Shown here in pieces: positions 61,803 to 64,000 of a stretch of DNA of 64,000 bases. Numbering within the stretch: position 1 is the first letter of the stretch; the number at the start of each line of letters is the position of its first letter. Source of the stretch: Lingula anatina (lineage: Eukaryota; Animalia; Brachiopoda). The stretch covers positions 9,486,001 to 9,550,000 of the forward strand of contig CM120643.1 of the NCBI GenBank assembly GCA_051362555.1, in the 5' to 3' direction. The notes under the pieces are model-generated. The model ran no database searches and was not told where the DNA came from. It was given only the letters and a program-made list of their open reading frames with translations. The position numbers and the translations under genes are program-made.

Positions 61803-64000
61803 GCCCAGATGTTATAAATAAGCCCATTAAGAAACTCAGGGTACCAGAGGAGTCAGCAGTTTCGGATATTAAGTGCACTGTACCCACGGAGGTACAGGGT
61901 GTGCAATCAGAATTTACTCGACAGGGTGCAGCACTAGTCCAAGACAAGCCCAACCGTGATACGAGTCACGTTGAATCACCAACTAGGGCAGATGAGGCTA
62001 CCACAGGGGGAATACAGGGCACGGTTCCTGCTCCCATGGTAGTGGTGCGACAAATCGGAACAGTGGCGGATTATTCACTTCAGATGAAAGTGGGAAACAT
62101 TGCTGTGAATGCTGTAGTGGACACTGCGGCTCAAGTTACGATACTTTCAGACCGCATTTACAACAGTCTTAAGAAACAACCTAAGAGGTTGAATTCAGTA
62201 CAGCTTTTAGCCGCTGGTCGGGAAATGGTGATGCAGGGGTTCACGGCAGGCCCTGTTAAGTTAAAGATTGGACATAAGTGGTATGCTGTGAGGCTATACG
62301 TAGCCCCCATTGAACAGGATATGTTGCTGGGAATGGACATTATGAAGGACTTAGGACAGGCAGTAGTGGATGTCGGCAGAGGAGTGATGCAGTTTGACGG
62401 CATGTATCTGACATTAGACGCTAATTCAGATAAGGGAACACCTCAGATGGCCAGGGTCACTGTCGCACGGCGCCAGGTGATACCCCCTTACTCCGCTGCC
62501 AGGGTGGCCTGTAAGTTAGATGTAGATCTTCCTAGTTATGTAATAGAGCCAAAGGTGGGGGGTGTTGGTAAGTTCCTTGCTCCCAGGGTTATTCGTAATG
62601 GGGGGTCTGAACCCATCATGGTCCTCATAAATCCCAGTGAGAGGCACAGACTACTGCGTAAGGGTACTGAAGTGGGGCGGGCTTTTACCTATGCGGGTAT
62701 TATAACGTCTGGGGAGCCCCTGGGGGATCCGTTATGTTTCCCTAGTAACCAAGGGGAGGGTGGCAGGTCACCTGGGGCGGAGGTCATTCACTGCATACCA
62801 CCAGCAGTGCAGTCAGTCACGGCACGGACCGATGACGAGGTCAATGACGAGGCGCGACGCGTGCCTTCTCATTTAAAGCAGGTGTATGAGGGATCCAGTG
62901 CAGAATTAGATGATCAGCAGAAAGTTCACCTAGCGAGATTACTCACGGAGTATCAGGATGTGTTTGCTAGAGACGAATTTGATTTAGGAAACTTCACATT
63001 GGTTGAGCATAAGATAGACACTGGTACTGCTCTTCCGATAAAGCAGAGAATGCGGCGAACGCCACGGTGCTTTGTGGGCGAGGAGGAAGCCCATTTACAG
63101 AAGATGTTGAAGGCAGGAGTGATTCAGGAGTCAACTTCCGACTGGGCGTCGGCGCCAGTGTTAATACGGAAGAAAGATGGCTCTGTGAGGTGGTGTATCG
63201 ATTACCGTGCGTTGAATGCCGTGACCACTAAGGACGTGTTCCCATTACCCTTAGTCGATGACTGTTTGGATACCTTGTCGGGTAATGTGTATTTTTCTAA
63301 GTTGGACGCCAACTCTGCGTATTGGCAGGTGCCCATACGTGAAGAGGATCGGAAAAAGACAGCTTTCATTACGAAATATGGTCTCTATGAGCATGTGCGT
63401 ATGGCATTTGGTCTGTGCGGGGCGCCCGCGACCTATGCTCGGATAATGAACTTAGTTTTCCGTGGAATGTCCTGGAAAACTGTGCTGGCATTTCTAGATG
63501 ACATAGTGGTACTCGGTACTACTTTTGATGTGCATTTACAGAACCTAAGGGACGCCCTTGAGAGGTTCCGCAGCTACGAGCTGAAGCTTAAGCCAAAGAA
63601 ATGCACCTTCTTTAAGAAGGAGATTGAATTTCTCGGACGGATAGTGACAGGGGAGACGCTCTCCATGTCTGATCATGACATTAAGGCTGTCACGGAATGG
63701 CCTACACCAACATGTGCCAAAGATGTGGAGAAATTCATGGGCTTGGCTAATTACCATCGAGCCTTTATTAAAAACTTCAGTGAGATAGCGGCACCCCTGT
63801 ACGCTGTAACTGGAAAGAGTTACGAGTGGGGTGAGGAACAAGCACGGGCTTTTACGGCATTAAAGGGGGCATTAACATCTCCCCCAGTTCTTTCTGTTCC
63901 CACGGTGGACGGAGAGTTCATTTTAGATACAGACGCAAGTGACTTTGCTATAGGAGCAGAGCTTATTCAAGTACAAGATGGCCAGGAGAAAGTGATAGCT
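61748..64000 (+). CDS. pol: Pol polyprotein (partial): aspartic protease, reverse transcriptase, start of RNase H
   Basis: One frame (-1 relative to gag) carries AVVDTAAQVT (GAC 62120), SDWASAPVLIRKKDGSVRWCIDYRALN, MAFGLCGAPATY, AFLDDIVV (63491) and FILDTDAS (63926); no stop seen before the window edge. Confidence 0.93.

Larger units (their letters stand above)
59203..64000 (+). mobile_element. Ty3/Gypsy LTR retrotransposon, 5' portion, antisense within an SLC7 intron
   Basis: Abrupt rise in GC content, 5' LTR, PBS, gag with CCHC knuckle, and pol in PR-RT-RNaseH order with no visible disruption. Confidence 0.95.

Noticed and set aside
61800-61817. Stop-codon readthrough of the gag TAG to express pol
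   Set aside because: An in-frame TAA follows at 61815-61817, and the pol motifs are in the -1 frame, which the slippery site explains.

Overview
This is AT-rich, intron-containing animal genomic DNA from an invertebrate; lophotrochozoan/mollusc-like is my inference only. Most short ORFs in the supplied track are noise or exon fragments, so I rebuilt the genes by hand from GT-AG junctions and reading phase. Left to right: (1) the 5' part of an LPCAT1/2-like acyltransferase (minus) with two tandem versions of the exon carrying the catalytic HxxxxD motif; (2) an intronless casein kinase I alpha, head-to-head with it; (3) a Helentron/HINE-type repeat block; (4) ADAT3 (minus), head-to-head with an 8-exon signal-peptide/C2H2/TM protein gene (plus); (5) about 12 kb of repeat-rich intergenic DNA; (6) a 12-finger C2H2 gene with a repeated SUMO-consensus tail; (7) an SLC7A9/b(0,+)AT-like transporter (minus) with four tandem 243-nt versions of its TM2-TM4 exon; (8) an apparently intact Ty3/Gypsy LTR element inside an SLC7 intron. 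The element has a clear -1 frameshift signal and an unusual Gag (ComEA-like HhH, hydrophobic helix, His-Pro-Gly decapeptide repeats). The strongest novel signals are the two mutually exclusive exon clusters that swap active-site or substrate-site exons, a possible MITE-derived docking/selector RNA structure in the SLC7 cluster, and the Gag architecture.
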